Part shown: one piece after another, positions 1 to 14,451 of the stretch | Layout: each line of letters starts with the position of its first letter | Position numbering within the stretch: position 1 is the stretch's first letter | Source: Mobula birostris | Lineage: Eukaryota | Direction of reading: 5' to 3' | Assembly: GCF_030028105.1 (NCBI RefSeq) | Contig: NC_092379.1 | Location: 91,499,006 to 91,563,005 of the forward strand | DNA: 64,000 nt | Notes under the pieces: model-generated | Seen by the model: only the letters and a program-made list of their open reading frames with translations | Databases searched by the model: none | Told to the model about the DNA's origin: nothing | Translations under genes and position numbers: made by a program

Positions 1-1677
1 AGCAACAATTGCATAAGAAGGATGTAATGCTGAACACTCAGGTCCAGAATATAAATCCATTTTAAGTTTTTATTGAAAAATATTTGTACATTTGGGCAGC
101 TAGAAGCAAGAACATTGTAGATCCACTTTTCCAGAATTGGCTCGGCCCCATTCAAATATCAAAATAGCACCAACTGAATGAGTAGTGTCATCATAAATAT
201 GAATATATATTACACTAGGCCCAGGCTTAACTCAGCAACAGGAGTCACAGGTTGCAGATAGCCATGAAAATCTTATTGGATTTGGGAGCTGTAGGCCACA
301 TGGCAAAGCAGCAACAAACAACTAGACGAGTTTAGAAAGGAAAAGCAATGCAAGGACACAGCTGGGTTAGACTCAAGTGTGGCAAGAATATGAGAATGAG
401 AAGAAATGATGGCAAGCAGTCCCTCCACCCTGTTCTGGCATGGCTCACTTCACCTCCAAGCTAACTTTTTTTAAAAATCAGACTTGGCGCCGAATACACT
501 CAAAAACTCCGTACTGTCTATGTTCAGCATGCAGAAGAAAGGAGGGCATACAAAACGTCGTATTACAGATGTAGAAAAATACATTTCAGGTTAGGCAGGG
601 GGTAGAAAGCAAATTAGCCCATTTTATACGCTGCTCACTTCCAAAATGCCCACTACACCATCAAAAAGTCTTCAATGCATTACTTCAAGTATCTCATAGT
701 GAATGTACAAGAATTTATAAAGAATTCAAGCAAATACCTCATTCAGCATACTGCAGAAAATGTTCTTGAGAGGAAATCCTGTAGAATCTGGACAGACCCA
801 GTTATATAACTTAGGTGGGGTATTGATCATTAGTTAAAATACTGAAGTAGCTGGCTAGATTTTTGAATTATTTTCAACAATGATATTTTACTTTGAATAA
901 AAGTGAAGAGAAAGCAAGCTAGTGAGATGCACAGAATCAGAGGCAAACAGATAGACAACTGCATGCAATCAAAATTTGCCAGGCACTGAATTATTCTATG
1001 TTGTAGAAGCAGATTCCCAGCTTCCGAGGCAAATTACTTCATAACTTATCTAGATGATAATTCAAATAAAGAAGCCATCTCCGCTTTCCACACCCAAAAT
1101 CAGACTGTGGGCGGACTGTTGCACAGTTTCATGGACAGGAACAGTTGACTACATAAAGAAAAAAATTGTCCTGGCTCTGATTAGTGTTGTCATGAATAAT
1201 ATCTAACTGATTAATGTAACTTTTTGTGTATCCTTATAACCAAGAAAGACAGAAATTGTTACAATTGTTAATCCACCTAGACCAAAGATGCAATTATCAC
1301 CTCATTGCATAGATGGGGTGGGATTAAAACTGCTACAATTATTGTGTTTTTGCTGCCGTAGAAGAACTGGGATTCTCTACATCTCAGCCCTGGGCCGCAT
1401 ATTAAAAGTCTCATTACAAAGCTGACAACCAGAGTGTGGGATCCAAGAAGAGGGTGGTGGAGCAGACCGTTGCCAGCTTCCTGGTGGTCAAAAAGCTAAG
1501 ATATCTGACTAAAAACATCATTAAAAATACACTTTCTGAGGTGAATTGTGTTAAATTATCACCACAGTGAAGGGGCGAGTGATGGTGAGGTGATTTCGAG
1601 GGATGAATCGATGCAATTGGAGTTCCGATGCCTGTACAGCTGGCCTGGGAGGGAGGCTGGATTGTTCTGTGTGTGGT

Positions 1678-2235
1678 AAGGGTTGCCAACTTTCTCACTC
1701 CCAAATAAGGGACAAAAGTAGCAGTCAAATACGGGACACTTGTGTTTACCCTGAGAAAGACTACCCTGACCATGAAGCCTTGTGCAGGCACCTGTGTGCG
1801 CATACATGACGAGCGCATACGTGACAAGTGCATGTGTGTACATGCTGATTTTTTTTTCTACAAATCGGTTTTGGCTTAATCTTCCCGATTCTGTTAAGTG
1901 AAACTACACTGTACATACATTATTTCCACTTTATACAGACTGTGTATTTATATCATTCCTGCCTTTACTATATGTTAGTGTTATTTTAGGTTTTATGTGT
2001 TATTGGTATGATTTGGTAGGTTATTTTTTGGGTCTGGGAACGCTCAAAAATATTTCCCATATAAATTAATGGTAATTGCTTCTGCGCTTTACGTCATTTC
2101 AGCTTAGGAACGGTTTCATAGGAATGCTCTACCTTAGCAGGGGAAATATGGGACAAGGGCAGTCCCGTATGGGACAAACCAATTTAGCCCAATATACGGG
2201 ATGTCCTGGCTAATATGGGACAGTTGGCAATCCTA
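1678..2235. mobile_element. Non-autonomous DNA transposon (hAT/Blackjack-like termini)
   Basis: TIRs AGGGTTGCCAACT ... AGTTGGCAATCCT; repeated subterminal A(C/T)GGGAC motifs; no clear TSD. Confidence 0.7.
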
Positions 2236-2984
2236 GCTGGGACCCTGGCAGAGGAGATTCGATTTTGATGCTTGTACAACTGGCCCAGGTATGAGGTTAG
2301 ATCATTCTGGGCGCCAAGTTGAATTGAAGAGCTTGAAAGCAGCTTCAGGCTGGGTGACGAAATCTGGGCTCAGGGCGAGTTGCTAGACGACATGTTCTAG
2401 GCCCGGAGCCTTTTGCTGCAGCTGTGCCTGGGTCCGAGTGTGAGGTACAATGCGCTGCAATTTAAATGCCAGCCCAGAAAGACTGAAAAGACAGGGTGTC
2501 GGTTGGGATGAGAGCCGACTTCGCTCATTGTCTACGATGGTTGTGTCCATGGCCTGAGGCTATGAAGTTCACCCCAGCTGCTGCGTTGCGTGCCCACTAA
2601 TGTGATGAACTGATAGGCGAGGCTTCCGGGCTGATCTGAGGACTTGATTTTGGTTCGGAATGCTGTTGTTAGCTTCAATTGTTTGCATGATTTGTGTTTT
2701 TTTCTCTTGCGCATTGAGTGTTGGTCTTTTATTTTTATTCTTTTTTTCTTTAAATTCGATTCTTTCAGGTTTCTTGCTTTGTGGCTACCATTGAGCCAGC
2801 AAATCTCAAGGTTGTAAAATTTATACTTTCTTTGATAATAAATGCACCTGAATCTTATAATGCAATTCACCTCAATTATATATAGGGACAAAATGTAACT
2901 TGGAGGAAGTGAGAGCAAATTAAGTGTGAGAGATTTCAATAGATGAAGATAGGAATTTCACAGCTTAGTATGCGCATGACCAAC

Positions 2985-3450
2985 AGAAACTGCAGAGAGT
3001 TGCTCAGCAAATCACAGAAAACAGCCTCCCCTCCATGGACACTGTCTGTACCTTAGTGACTCAGTAAATCAGCCAGCGTATTTCAAGAACCTACCCACCC
3101 ACTCCAGACATTCTCTCTTCTCCCGTAGGGCAGAAGATACAAAAACCTCAAAAGCATGTACCACCACGTTCAAGGACAGCTTCTACCCCTTTGTCATAAG
3201 ACTACTGAGTAATTCATCAATAAGATGGACTTCTGACTTCACAATCTACCTTGTTATGATGTTACACTTTATTGCCTACCCACACAGCTCTTTCTCTGCA
3301 AATGTTCCACTTTATCCTGCATTGTTATTGTTTTTGCCTTGTTCTACCTCAACACACTGTGTGACAATTCAATCTGTATGATCAGTGTGCAAGTCAGGCT
3401 TTTCACTGGATTGCAGTGCATGTGACAATAATAAACCAACTCTATTTCTA
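2985..3450 (+). mobile_element. Rex1/L2-like LINE 3' fragment, degenerate
   Basis: Same C-terminal tract as the 16.6-17.2 kb copy (HP...LP.GRRY..L...TTF..SF.P), then 3'UTR with aataaa. Confidence 0.65.
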
Positions 3451-4983
3451 AGATTGCAGCTTCATTTGACTTGTCTCACCATTCCTCAGCAGTCCAACTA
3501 ATCTGAGTGTTCGAGAGACAGGCAATCGGAGATAGTGTAGAGTTAAGTACAATTCCGTGTATTTGAAAACTGGATCGATTCTCTGAACATCATAGAATGG
3601 TGAGATTTAGATCTGTCTGCTGTACAGCTACACAATGAAGGGCCTATAATGATGCTATATCTCTAAATAAATGTAGTCAGGAACTTTTGGCAAAAAGCTT
3701 GATTCTTGTGACACTGTAATTTTTCTTTTTTACTGGGTTCTGAGGATTGCTTGCAAGATCAACATTTATTGCCTATCCTTGTTGGCAGTGAGCCACCTCC
3801 TTCAACAGTTCCATCAGTTCGCTCCACAGAATCAAGAATTTAGAACAAGGATGCTGGAACAATGATACATTTTCAAGTCAGCACGGTACGCAACTTGGAG
3901 TCTGTTGTGTTCCCATGTCTCTGTTGCCCTTGTCCTTGGCAGTAGAATTTGTACATTTAGAGACGCTGTCAGAGGAGGCCAACCAAGGAACAGTATGAAT
4001 TTTGGTTGATGGTATCACTGTACCACAGTGTACTTCTGGTGGAAGGAATGAATGTTTACGGTGGTGGACGGGATGCCAGCCAAGCAGGCTGTTTTGTCAC
4101 AGTTGCAAGTTCAGTCAAGTTAATGTGCTTAATAAAGGGTGGAAAGGCTTGGGATGAGAAGGTGAGTCACTCACCAGAGGATACTGAACCTCTGACCTGT
4201 CCTTATAGTTCCCAGATTCACATTCCCAAATACAAATCCATCTCATTTTCCTGCAGGAACTGAAGGTCCATATCAACCCACAGTGACCACTCCTTATTTT
4301 AGACCTGACCATAAATGTCTGGACAGATTTCAATTCAACTGTTCTTCTTCCAAGTTAGTGAATGGCATTTAATCCTCATGGTTTCTGCTACACTGGAGAA
4401 GTTAATTGAGTGATCAGTTTGCAAAACTTCCATTTAGTCTACAACAGTAACTTTGAGCTTCTAGCTCTCTATCACTTGAACTCTCCATCCCACACTCAGC
4501 TTAATCTTTTTATTCATTCTCTCCATCCCCTATCTCACTGCAACTCAGAACGGCATCATCTTCACTTCGAACAAATGCTGATTGATTTAAAACTGTTTTT
4601 TACAAAATACTATCCAATTTAATTCCAATTAAATTGCCAATTTAATTTCCTCTACTTATTATATAAAAAAACAGCTAACAACAGCTAACACATCAGAGGC
4701 TAAGGGAACAAACATCTGAAGAATTGTAGACCTGTATTTTAGAACTATATTGTAGGTGCCTGAAATTTACCTGCCAAAGAGGAAGATTGCCCAAGCTTGT
4801 ACTGTTAACCAGAAAACAATCCAGTTATTTATTACTCAAATCAGTCAACTGTCAATAATTAGCAAAGTAACAGAAGGTGTCAGCAATGCCACGAAATGAC
4901 ACTCATTCAATGATGCCTACTCACTGATGTCCAGTTTGTGATTTGCCAGGAACACTCAGCTCTAGGACATATCAAAGCCTTGA

Positions 4984-5540
4984 ACACAGAACATAGAAAT
5001 TTACAGCACATTATGGGCCCTTCAGCCCACAACATTGTGCCAACCATGTAACTTATTCCAGAGACTGCCCAGAATTTCCCTAGCACATAGGCTTCTATTT
5101 TTCTAAGCTCCATGTACCTAAGAGGCTCTTAAAAGGCCCTATTGTATCCGCTTCCACCACTGCTGTTGGCAGTTCATTCCATGCAACCACCACTCTCTGT
5201 GTGAAAAACGTACCCCTGACAACCCCTCGGTACCTATTTCCAAGCACCTTAAAACTGTGCCCCCTTGTGCTAGCCACTTCAGCTCTGGGAAAAAGCCTCT
5301 GGCTATCCACACGATCAATGCCCCTCATCATCTTATACACCTCTGTCAGGTCACCTCACATCCTCCGTCGCTCCAAAGAGAAAAGGCCAAGTTCACTCAA
5401 TCTATTCTCATAAGATACGCCCTCTAATCCAAGCAACATCCTTGTAAATCTCCTCTGCACTCTCTCTATAGTATCCACATCCTTCTTGTAGCGAGGTGAC
5501 CAGAACTGAACACAGTACTCCAAGTAGGGTCTGACAGTAC
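4984..5540 (-). mobile_element. CR1 LINE 3' end
   Basis: YKMMRGIDRVDSQRLFPRAE..TRGHSFK..FFTQRVV CR1 ORF2 C-terminus; (TTCTATG)-type tail. Confidence 0.9.
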
Positions 5541-6708
5541 TCCTTGGTCGAAATATGGACTGAGAGCTACTTTCCAGAGGTTAGATACAAATGACAAGGA
5601 TTGCACTGAATTAGTGTAGCAATAAGGAATCCTGGAAATATTGAAGTCAATAAGCATCCAAGTAAAAACGCTCCAGTACATGAAGCAGACCTCAAAGAAA
5701 GATGGGCATAGTTGTTGGAGGTCAACCATCTTTGCCACAGGACATCACTGGAGGAGAACCATCTTCAGCAGCTTTATTAATTACCTTCCTTCCACCATAG
5801 GACGCTGGACAAGGGGGTAGTGGTGTAGGTGATTGCTAATGATTGCACAATTTTAATTCAGTTTGTAACGTAAGCAAATGAAACAGTCCATGCTTATATT
5901 TGGAAAACAGACAACATTCAGGTAAGTAGCAAGTAACACCTGTGCCATAAAAATGCCAGATAACAAGCAAGATTCGAATCAGTAACTCTTAACATCCAAT
6001 GAAACTACAGATCACCAAGATCCAAATTATAAACATCCTAGAGATCTGCACTGGCCAGGAACTGAAGTGAATTTCTGCATGATACTGAGATCATCAGCAC
6101 AGGTCAGAGACTGGGTGTCCTTTGTCAAATTCTCTGTACCATCTGTGAGGTACCTCAGAAGTGCAAATAACAACTTCCACTTTCTCAGGTAAATGCAGCT
6201 CCAACAGTTCTCAAGAAGCTCAATTCCATTCAGGTCAAATTAACCAGCTTAATGGTTACTCACCCAAAACATTCAATCTCCATACCACTGGCTCAGAGTT
6301 GCCACACTGGTACCATCTACAAAATGTACTATCCAGACTACTCTGAGTGTATTCACCAATCCCATGACCTTAATCTCAGGAACAAGGGCCATGAGCAAAT
6401 ATAAATACTACCACCTGCACGTTATTCTCCAACCAACACATCAGCTTGATTTGGAACTATACTGACATTCCCTCATTATTGCTAGGGGAACCTTCACCAA
6501 AAAGGCTGCAATGGTTCAAGAAGGAGGCTCACCACCATCATCTCAAAGGCAGTTAGGATCAGACAATGATTGCTGGTCTTGGTACTAATGCTCAAATTCC
6601 CTATATGATCCTCAAAACAAGATCACGTGTCAGGTCTCAAGGGGTCAGCAGTTTTACTGCTCAACCTGAATTAAGAATGGACGGGATCTGTGTGGAATAG
6701 TTAAAAAC

Positions 6709-7010
6709 TATTGGCGCATGGCCAAGTGGTTAAGGCGATGGTCTAGTGATCTGAAGGTCGCTAGTTCCAGCCTCAGCTGAGGCAGCGTGTTGTGTCCTTG
6801 AGCAAGGCACTTAACCACACATTGCTCTGCGGCGACACCGGTGCCAAGCTGTATGGGTCCTAGTGCCCTTCCCTTGGACAACATCGGTGCTGTGGAGAGG
6901 GAAGACTTGCAGCATGGGCAACTGCTGGTCTTCCATACAACCTTGCCCAGGCCTGGAAACCTTCAAAGGCGCAAATCCATGGTCTCATGAGACTAACGGA
7001 TGCCTAGTAT
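6709..7010 (+). mobile_element. tRNA-derived SINE, full length, 11-bp TSD
   Basis: A-box TGGCCAAGTGG, B-box-like AGTTCCAGCC, CORE-like TGTCCTTGAGCAAGGCACTTAACC; TSD TAGTTAAAAAC at 6698-6708 and 7011-7021. Confidence 0.88.
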
Positions 7011-7675
7011 TAGTTAAAAACAAGATTGCAAGAATAAAATGTTACCAGAGGACAGGAAATTACTTACACTAAAAAAAACACTGCACATAATCAGGCCAGG
7101 TAGCAGCAGCTCCTCACCACAGATTTCCTGGATTTGCTCTATTTCTTTCCCGTTTGAAGAAATTTCTTCACTTATTGTCACAGAGCCAATGCTTTCAACT
7201 TCACACCAGCATTCTGGCAACAATCAATGCTTTCTTGTCTGTGTCATACCTATGCCATCAATCAAAGCTAGCTTAGCTTTTTTCTTTGGCCGGTGACAGA
7301 AGGAAACTCCGATATCCAAACTGCAGCATTATGGATGTAATGGAGGATTGAATAACACAAGTTTCCCAAAATAGATAAATTTCACTTTTGCATGTTACTA
7401 AAAAACTGGGGGTAATGACAATATCCATTATGTGATTGAAGACATTCATTTATTAAATTGTAGCTATTTTTTGTTTAATTGGAAAAGTAGTGTTTCGCTT
7501 CATTAGACATGATCCCATGGATATCTTTTGCTACTATTATGAAAATTACAGATACTCTTGCATAACCACAGAAAGAAGTAAAGGAAATAATTCACAACAG
7601 AACAAAATAAATGATATTGAAATATAATAAGGTATAGACAAGCTATAGAAACATGCATGCAGAGAGAAAAATCAA

Positions 7676-10600
7676 CCATAACCATAAGACATTGGAGTAG
7701 AATTAGGCCATTTGGTCTATCGAGTCTGCTCTATCATTTCATCATGGCTGAACCCCACTATCCTGCCTTCTCCCCATAACCTCTCATGCCCTGACTAATC
7801 AAGAACCTAACAACTTCCGCATTAAATACACCCAATGACCTGGACTTCACAGCCGCCTGTGGCAACGAATTCTACAGATTCACCACCCTCTGACTAAAGA
7901 AATTCCTCCTTATCTCTGTCTAAGTGGACGTCCCTCTATTTTGAGGCCGTGCCTTCTAGTCTTAGACTCCCGTACCGAAGGAAATATCCTCTTCACATCC
8001 ATTCTAATTAGGTCTTTCAGCATTGGACAAGTTTCAATAAGAATCCCCCCCACCCTCATTCTTCTAAATTCCAGGAATTTCAATGCTCTATCCATACTAG
8101 TATCGTTCCTGTAATACCCAAGGCTCTTATCTTGCTTAGCATCCTTATGTGCAGCACCTTGTCAAGAGCCTTCTGAAATTCCAAATACACAACATCCACC
8201 AAATCTCCTTTGTCTATCCTACTTGTTATTTCTCCAAAGAATTCCAACAGATCCATCAGGCAACATTTTCCCTCAAGGAAATCATGCTGACTTTGGCCTA
8301 TGTTATCATGTGCCTCCAAGTACCCCGAAATCACATCCTAACAATCATCTCCGACATCTTCCCAACCACTGAGTTCAGGCTAACTGGCTTAGAATTTCCT
8401 TCATTCTACCTCCCTCCCTTCTTGAAGAGTGAAGTGACTTTGCAATTCTCCAGTCCTTAGGAACCATACCAGAATCTATTGATTCTTGAAAGATCATTAC
8501 TAATGCTTCCACAATCTCTTGAGCTATCTCCTTCAGAACCCATTTGGTACAGGTGACTTATCCATCTTCAGACCTTTCAGTTTCCCAAGCACCATATCCC
8601 TAATAATAGCAATGGTACTCACTTCTGCCCCTTGACACTCCCAAACTTCCGGCATACTACTAGTGTCTTCCACAGTGAAGACTGATGCCAAATACTTACT
8701 CAGTTCATCCGCCATTTCCTTGTTCCCAGTTACCATCTCTCCAGCGTCATTTCCAGCAGTCAATATCTACTCTCATCTCTCTTTTTATATATCTGAAAAA
8801 ACTTTTGATTTCATTTTTGATATTATTGGTTAGTTTACCTTCATATTTCATCTTTTCCCCTTTACACTTTTTAGTTGCCTTCTGTTGGTTTTTAAAATTT
8901 ACCCAATCCTCCAACTTCCCACTAATTATTGGTCTATTATATGCCCTCTCTTTTGTTTTTATGTTGGCTTTGACTTCCCTTGTCAGCCACGGTTGTGTCA
9001 TCCGACCTTTAGGATACTTACTCTTCTTTGGGATGTATCTATCTTGCACTCCGAATTGTTCCCAGAAACCACAGCCATGCTGCTCTGCCGTCATCCCTGC
9101 TAATGCCCCCTTCCAATCAACTCTGGCCAGCTCCTCTCACATGTTTATGTAATTCCCTTTCCTTCACTGTAATACTGATATATCTGACTTCAGCTTCTTC
9201 GTCTCAAATTGCAGGGTAAATTCTGTCATATTATGATCACTGTTTCCTAATTATTCCTTTACCTTAAGCTCCCGAATCAAATCTGGTTCATTACACCCAA
9301 TCCAGAATTGCTGACCCCTTAGTAGGCTCAACCACAAGCTATTCTAAGAAGCCATCTTGGAGGCAGTCCACAAATTCTCTCTTTTGGATCCAGAATCAAA
9401 TAGATTTTCCCAATCTATCTGTGTATTGAAATCCCCCATGAATAATGTAACATTGCCTTTTTGACATGCTTTTTCTATCACCCGCTGTAATTTGTAGACA
9501 TATCCTGGCTACTGTTCGGAAGCCTGTAAATAACTACCATCAGGGTCTTCCTACCCTTGCAGTTTCTTAACTCTAGCCACAAGAATTCTACATCTTCCGA
9601 TCCTACGTCACTTCTTTCTAAAGATCTAATTTATTTAGTTTTAACTGTGTTACATACCCTGTAACTGGGTTGCCAAACCAGCAGAAATGGATCACTCAGT
9701 TGGAGTCTGGATTACTAGAACTAAGAAAGTTTTATTAAAGAAACAAGCAACACAGTACTCTAATCAAAAGGATAATAAATGCAACAGTTCAGCAATGATA
9801 AACACACATGTGCACAGAATTAAGATAACAGGATCAATCAAGCTCTATCGTTGTCTAGGGGTAAATGACCAGTTTCAAAGTGATGCAAAGTTCAGTTCAA
9901 TTTAGTTCAGTTCAGTTCGCAGTAATCGCTGCCGTGGGAGATGGACAATGGGGGGAAGGAGAGAGAGAGCAAAACGAATGAATATTCAAACGGCTTCCAC
10001 ACAGACCTTCGCAGTCAGCTTTCGGGTGAGCCCTTTGTGATGTCATCTGAGGTCACCGACCGTGACCCCTCCGTTTCCAGATACGATTGTTTCTCTGCAG
10101 TGAACCTGGCACCCAGGCAAGGGTGGACACACACCAGGTTCCCGCCGATTGTGCCTTTCCACCCTGTGCGTCTCTGGCTTGATCCCGCGACCAGCCGTCC
10201 AAAACTTCCCACCGACTTGTGGGAGACGCACCACTTCCAGGGTCTCGTTACCTCGGGGTGTCGTGTGTGTCTTGCCTTAGTGAACCTGTCCCTTTTTATC
10301 CCCCTGCTGGGGTATCGCCTGTCCATCACTTCAAACAGTTCAGGGTTCAAAGGGGGAGCCGATCTTGACAGCTCTCCTTCTGTTACTCTCTCCCGTCCCT
10401 TCATTAACATCTCCAAATGCTGCTCCATTGTTTTCCTTATCTCTCTTTCTCCTGAAGACAGATGGCAGACCAACTGCTGATCCCACTGATGCCAGCACAG
10501 GACAGCTAACATCTTAATCTATGTGTATTCTCGTCACAACTGGCAGAGCCACTCCTCCTCCTTTGCCTATCTGCCTGTCCTTTCGATGATTGTATATGCT

Positions 10601-10915
10601 TGGATGTTAAGCTCCCAACTACAGTCACCTTTCAGCCATGACTCTGTGATACCTACGATGTCATACTTGCCTATCTCTAATTGTGCTGCAAGATCATCCA
10701 CCATACTTTGTATACTGTGTGCTTTCAAATATATAAATCCTGTATTTGTTACCCTTTTGAATTTTGTCCCCCTTTTACACCTGCAACCCATCCCACTGAC
10801 TGAAATTTTGCCCCAGCACCTACCTGTCCTTCCTGGCAGTCTCTCCATACACTACCTCTGCTTGTAAACCATCATCACTATCCTCAGCCCTATCACTCCA
10901 GTTCCCATCCCCTGC
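7676..10915 (-). mobile_element. CR1 LINE, internally deleted, interrupted by a solo LTR
   Basis: ORF2 fragments: endonuclease (YDIVGITESWL), linker (PWLTREVK), RT (SQH.F..GK.CL..LLEFF...VDVVYL.FQKA.DKV) and C-terminus. Confidence 0.88.
9648..10538 (-). mobile_element. Solo LTR (Gypsy-type), 891 bp
   Basis: TGTTAC...GTCACA termini; 4-bp TSD ACTG (9644-9647, 10539-10542); minus-strand TATA-like GATAAAAA near 10295 and AATAAA near 9733. Confidence 0.88.
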
Positions 10916-11420
10916 CGATGTTTCCTGTGTAAATGAAACGAAATAAATAATACAAAAAGAGAGCAAAGAAATGAAATAAATTAGTGAGGTCATATACATG
11001 GGTTCATTGTCCATTCAGAAATCTGATGAGAGTGGGAAAGAAGCTGTTCCTGAAACCTTGAGTGCATTTTCAGGCTTCTGTACCTCCTCCTTGATGGCAG
11101 CAATGAGAAGAGGGCATGTCCTGTGTGATGGGGTCCTTAACGATGGGTGCTGCCTTTTTGAGGCATCTCCTTCTGAAGATGTCCTCGAAGCTTGAGAAGG
11201 TAGTGCCCATGATGAAGCTGGCTGAGCTTACAACTTTCTGCATCTCTTTTCTGATCCTATGCAGTAGCCCGTCCATATCAGACTGCAACGCCACCAGTTA
11301 AAATGCTCTCCATAGTACATCGGGAGCAATTTACTGGAGTTTTTGGTGACATACCAAATCTCCTCAAGCACCTAAGGAAATAAAAGCTTCTTTGTAATAG
11401 CATCAATATATTGGGCCCAA
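10915..11420 (-). mobile_element. Rex1-like LINE 3' fragment
   Basis: QKVVSSASFIMGT...EDIFRRRCLKKAAPIVKDP, typical C-terminus. Confidence 0.8.
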
Positions 11421-13119
11421 TTGTTTAATTTATTACAAGACATCTGCCTTTTTCGCACCTATAATTTCTTAGCATGTCTCCTTGTTCCATTTCATTTAGA
11501 GAACCAAAAGACTAGAAATTTAAGGTTTTCAAATTCCAGTGCCCTGGGTTGCTGTCTTGGGAATGCTTCCGGGTTTAAAGATGTCCTTTGTGTCTCAATG
11601 ATTAGGAATGTATTTGTTATGTTTGGACCATAGCCCAGATCAAGCATTGAGAGAAAACACTGGCAGAAAGACTTCCACCCTTCTTCTGTACTAATGGAAG
11701 GAAATTCATCAACTTCCTACAGAAAGTGCCACCTCATAGGTCACAGTATCTGAATAAGGGCAGGCCTCTTGGAACTTAGAAGAGGAGAAATTTCTTCAGT
11801 TTTATAATAAATCATTTTTGGAAACAGATGGATGTATTTATATATTCAAGGAATCAAGTGATATGGAAGTTGTACAGGAAAACAGAGCTTAAGTTAAGGC
11901 ACAATATTGAATGAATGGCAGAGCGGCCAAAGTATTCTTCTCACGTTGCTATTTCTTATGTTCCTTTGTTTATATATTCACCTAATAATCCATTTTGGAT
12001 TCCAACCAAGGAATGTTTGTTCGGAACAAAGTTGCCTGAGTAGCATATTGTACAGCTCAAGCAGAATTTCCTTTGACAAGTTCTCATCTGTTTTGGCCAA
12101 ATAGTTCAGCATTTGAGTTATCTTGTTCTCCAGAGCTCCACAGTGTTTGGACATTTTGTATGCAAATCTGATCGATCATCAAAGTTTCTTTAACCCTCTC
12201 GCTTACTTATTTTATTGCTTTGCTTTGCTTTGCCTCATTATTGTAAATTTAACACTTGTGTTACATTCCAGGTACTACTTCTTTACATATTAAATTATTT
12301 CCAACTCACTATACGGATCTCAGACTGTAAAAGATGGATTTTAAAGATGTGGAGATGGAATTGAAGTACAAACTAATCATGATTTAACAAGGTGGTAAAA
12401 CAAGACTCAAAGAGACTCTTTCTTAAAATCCATTACTAGCATCTGTAATAATGCATTTTATGAGGTTTTACGTGATTTTTGTCATTATCTTGATGCATAG
12501 GCTGCTGAAACTGAAAGAATTGTCACAGCACAGGCAGCAGCTGCTTTTCTAGACTTTCTGCTTAAGTTTAACCTGTAATAGGCAGATCCCTGTAGAAATT
12601 CAGGTCCCATAAATAATTGAGTCTCTTATGAAATCTTGCCACTGATCTTTTGGAAATTTAATTATACTATTCACTGAGCTTTGTATTTACAGTACAATTC
12701 CCTAAGACATCCAAGGGACAGAACCAGTATCTATAGTGTACCTGTACTGTGATTTTTTTTCAAATAGGTACTTTGGTCAGCATCCAATCTGACAAGGCCT
12801 TCAGTTACCTTGAATATCGGAGAACATAGATCAGTACAGCACAGAACAGGCCCTTCAGTCCATAACATTGTGCCAAAATAATTAAATTAGTAATCAAATG
12901 TCCAACTAAATTAATCTCTTCTGCCTACACAATGTTCCTACCCTCACTTTCCTGAACATTCATGTGCCTAAGAGCCTCTTGAACACCTGTCATTTTTGTC
13001 TCCACCACCACTGTTGGCAGCAAATTTGAGACACCCAGCACCTCTACATAAAAAAAAACTTTCCCTGCACTTTGAACTTGCTCCCTCTCACCTTAAATAC
13101 CTGCCCTCTGGTATTAGAC

Positions 13120-13320
13120 AAGGCTTTGTACGTCCTCCCTGTGACTGTGTGGGTTTCCTCCAGGTGCTCTGGTTTCCTCCCAGAGTCCAATGAAGTACCG
13201 GTTATTAGGCTAATTAGGCAATATAAACTGTCCTGTGATTGGGCTAGGGTTAAGTAGGGGGGTTGCTCATTGGGCTGGTAGGGCCTGGTCCATGCTATAT
13301 CTCCAAATAAAGAAAAATTA
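13120..13320 (+). mobile_element. V-SINE fragment
   Basis: V-domain GTGGGTTTCCTCCAGGTGCTCTGGTTTCCTCCCA. Confidence 0.8.
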
Positions 13321-14195
13321 ATGAACCAGTTTGTCCATCCTTTCCTTATAGCAAATGCTCTCTAATCCAGGCAGCATCCTAGTAAGCCTCTTCTACACCC
13401 TCTCCAAACCCTCCATCCACATCCTTCCTATAGCCAGGACTGAACACAGAACTCCAGTTGCAGCCTAACTAGTTTTACACAACTGTAACACAACTTCACA
13501 GCTCCTGAACTCTACCAACCTGTGTAGCTACTTTCAGGGAGCTATGGACTTGGACCCGACAATCTCTTTGCATATCAACACTGTAAAGGATCTTGGCATT
13601 AACAGTGTACTGCCTCTTTACATCTGACTTCCCAAAGTGCAACACTTCACACTTGGCTGGGTTGAGTTCCATCTGCTATTTCTTTGCTCATGTCTCCAAC
13701 TGTTCTATATCCCATGGTATACTTCTCTTGTCTTCCATGTTACCCACAACACCACCAATTTTGTATCATCTGCAAACTTACTAATCTACCCTTGTACGTT
13801 TTCATCCACATCATTTATATATGTAACAACCAGCAGAGACCCCAGTTCACATCCCTGTGGAACACCCCAAAATTGCAGACCTCCAGCCAGAATAAGCCCC
13901 CATCGATAACTACCCTCTGTCACCTATGGGCAAGCCAGTTCTGAAACCAAACTGCAAATTCACTGTGGATCCCACGCATCTTAATTTTCTGGATGAGCCT
14001 CCCAAAAGGAATCTTGGTAAACGCCTTAGTAAAATCTACGTAGAGAACAGACACAGCTCCACCTTCAACAAGACTTCTGTCACCTTCTCAAAAAAAAAAC
14101 TCAGTCAATTTAGTAACAGTTGACCTGTGCTGGACAAAGCCATGGTGATTGTTCCTAACCAGGCCATGGTTTGTCAGATGTTCATAAACCTTACC

Positions 14196-14411
14196 TGTTA
14201 TATTTTGTAACTTCAAAACGTTAAACTAATTCAAAGAAGGACATGAGAGTCCCAACATAAGGGTGCAACTTCATATTTTACTTTAAGCGAAGCGCGCACA
14301 CATTATGTAGCGTGATGATGTGTGCAATTCATGTATTTATACATATAACCCATAATGAATTGTCTACACAAACAAGAATGCTTCATCTATATATATATAT
14401 ATATATATACA

Positions 14412-14451
<40 letters not shown>

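Noticed and set aside
6712-6785. tRNA gene (also 22060-22135 and 27450-27510)
   Set aside because: tRNA-like A/B boxes run into SINE bodies, one with a TSD; no complete cloverleaf or poly-T terminator.
9941-10512. Overlapping 179-aa and 165-aa ORFs
   Set aside because: Entirely inside a solo LTR, with no recognisable domain; likely chance ORFs in GC-richer sequence.
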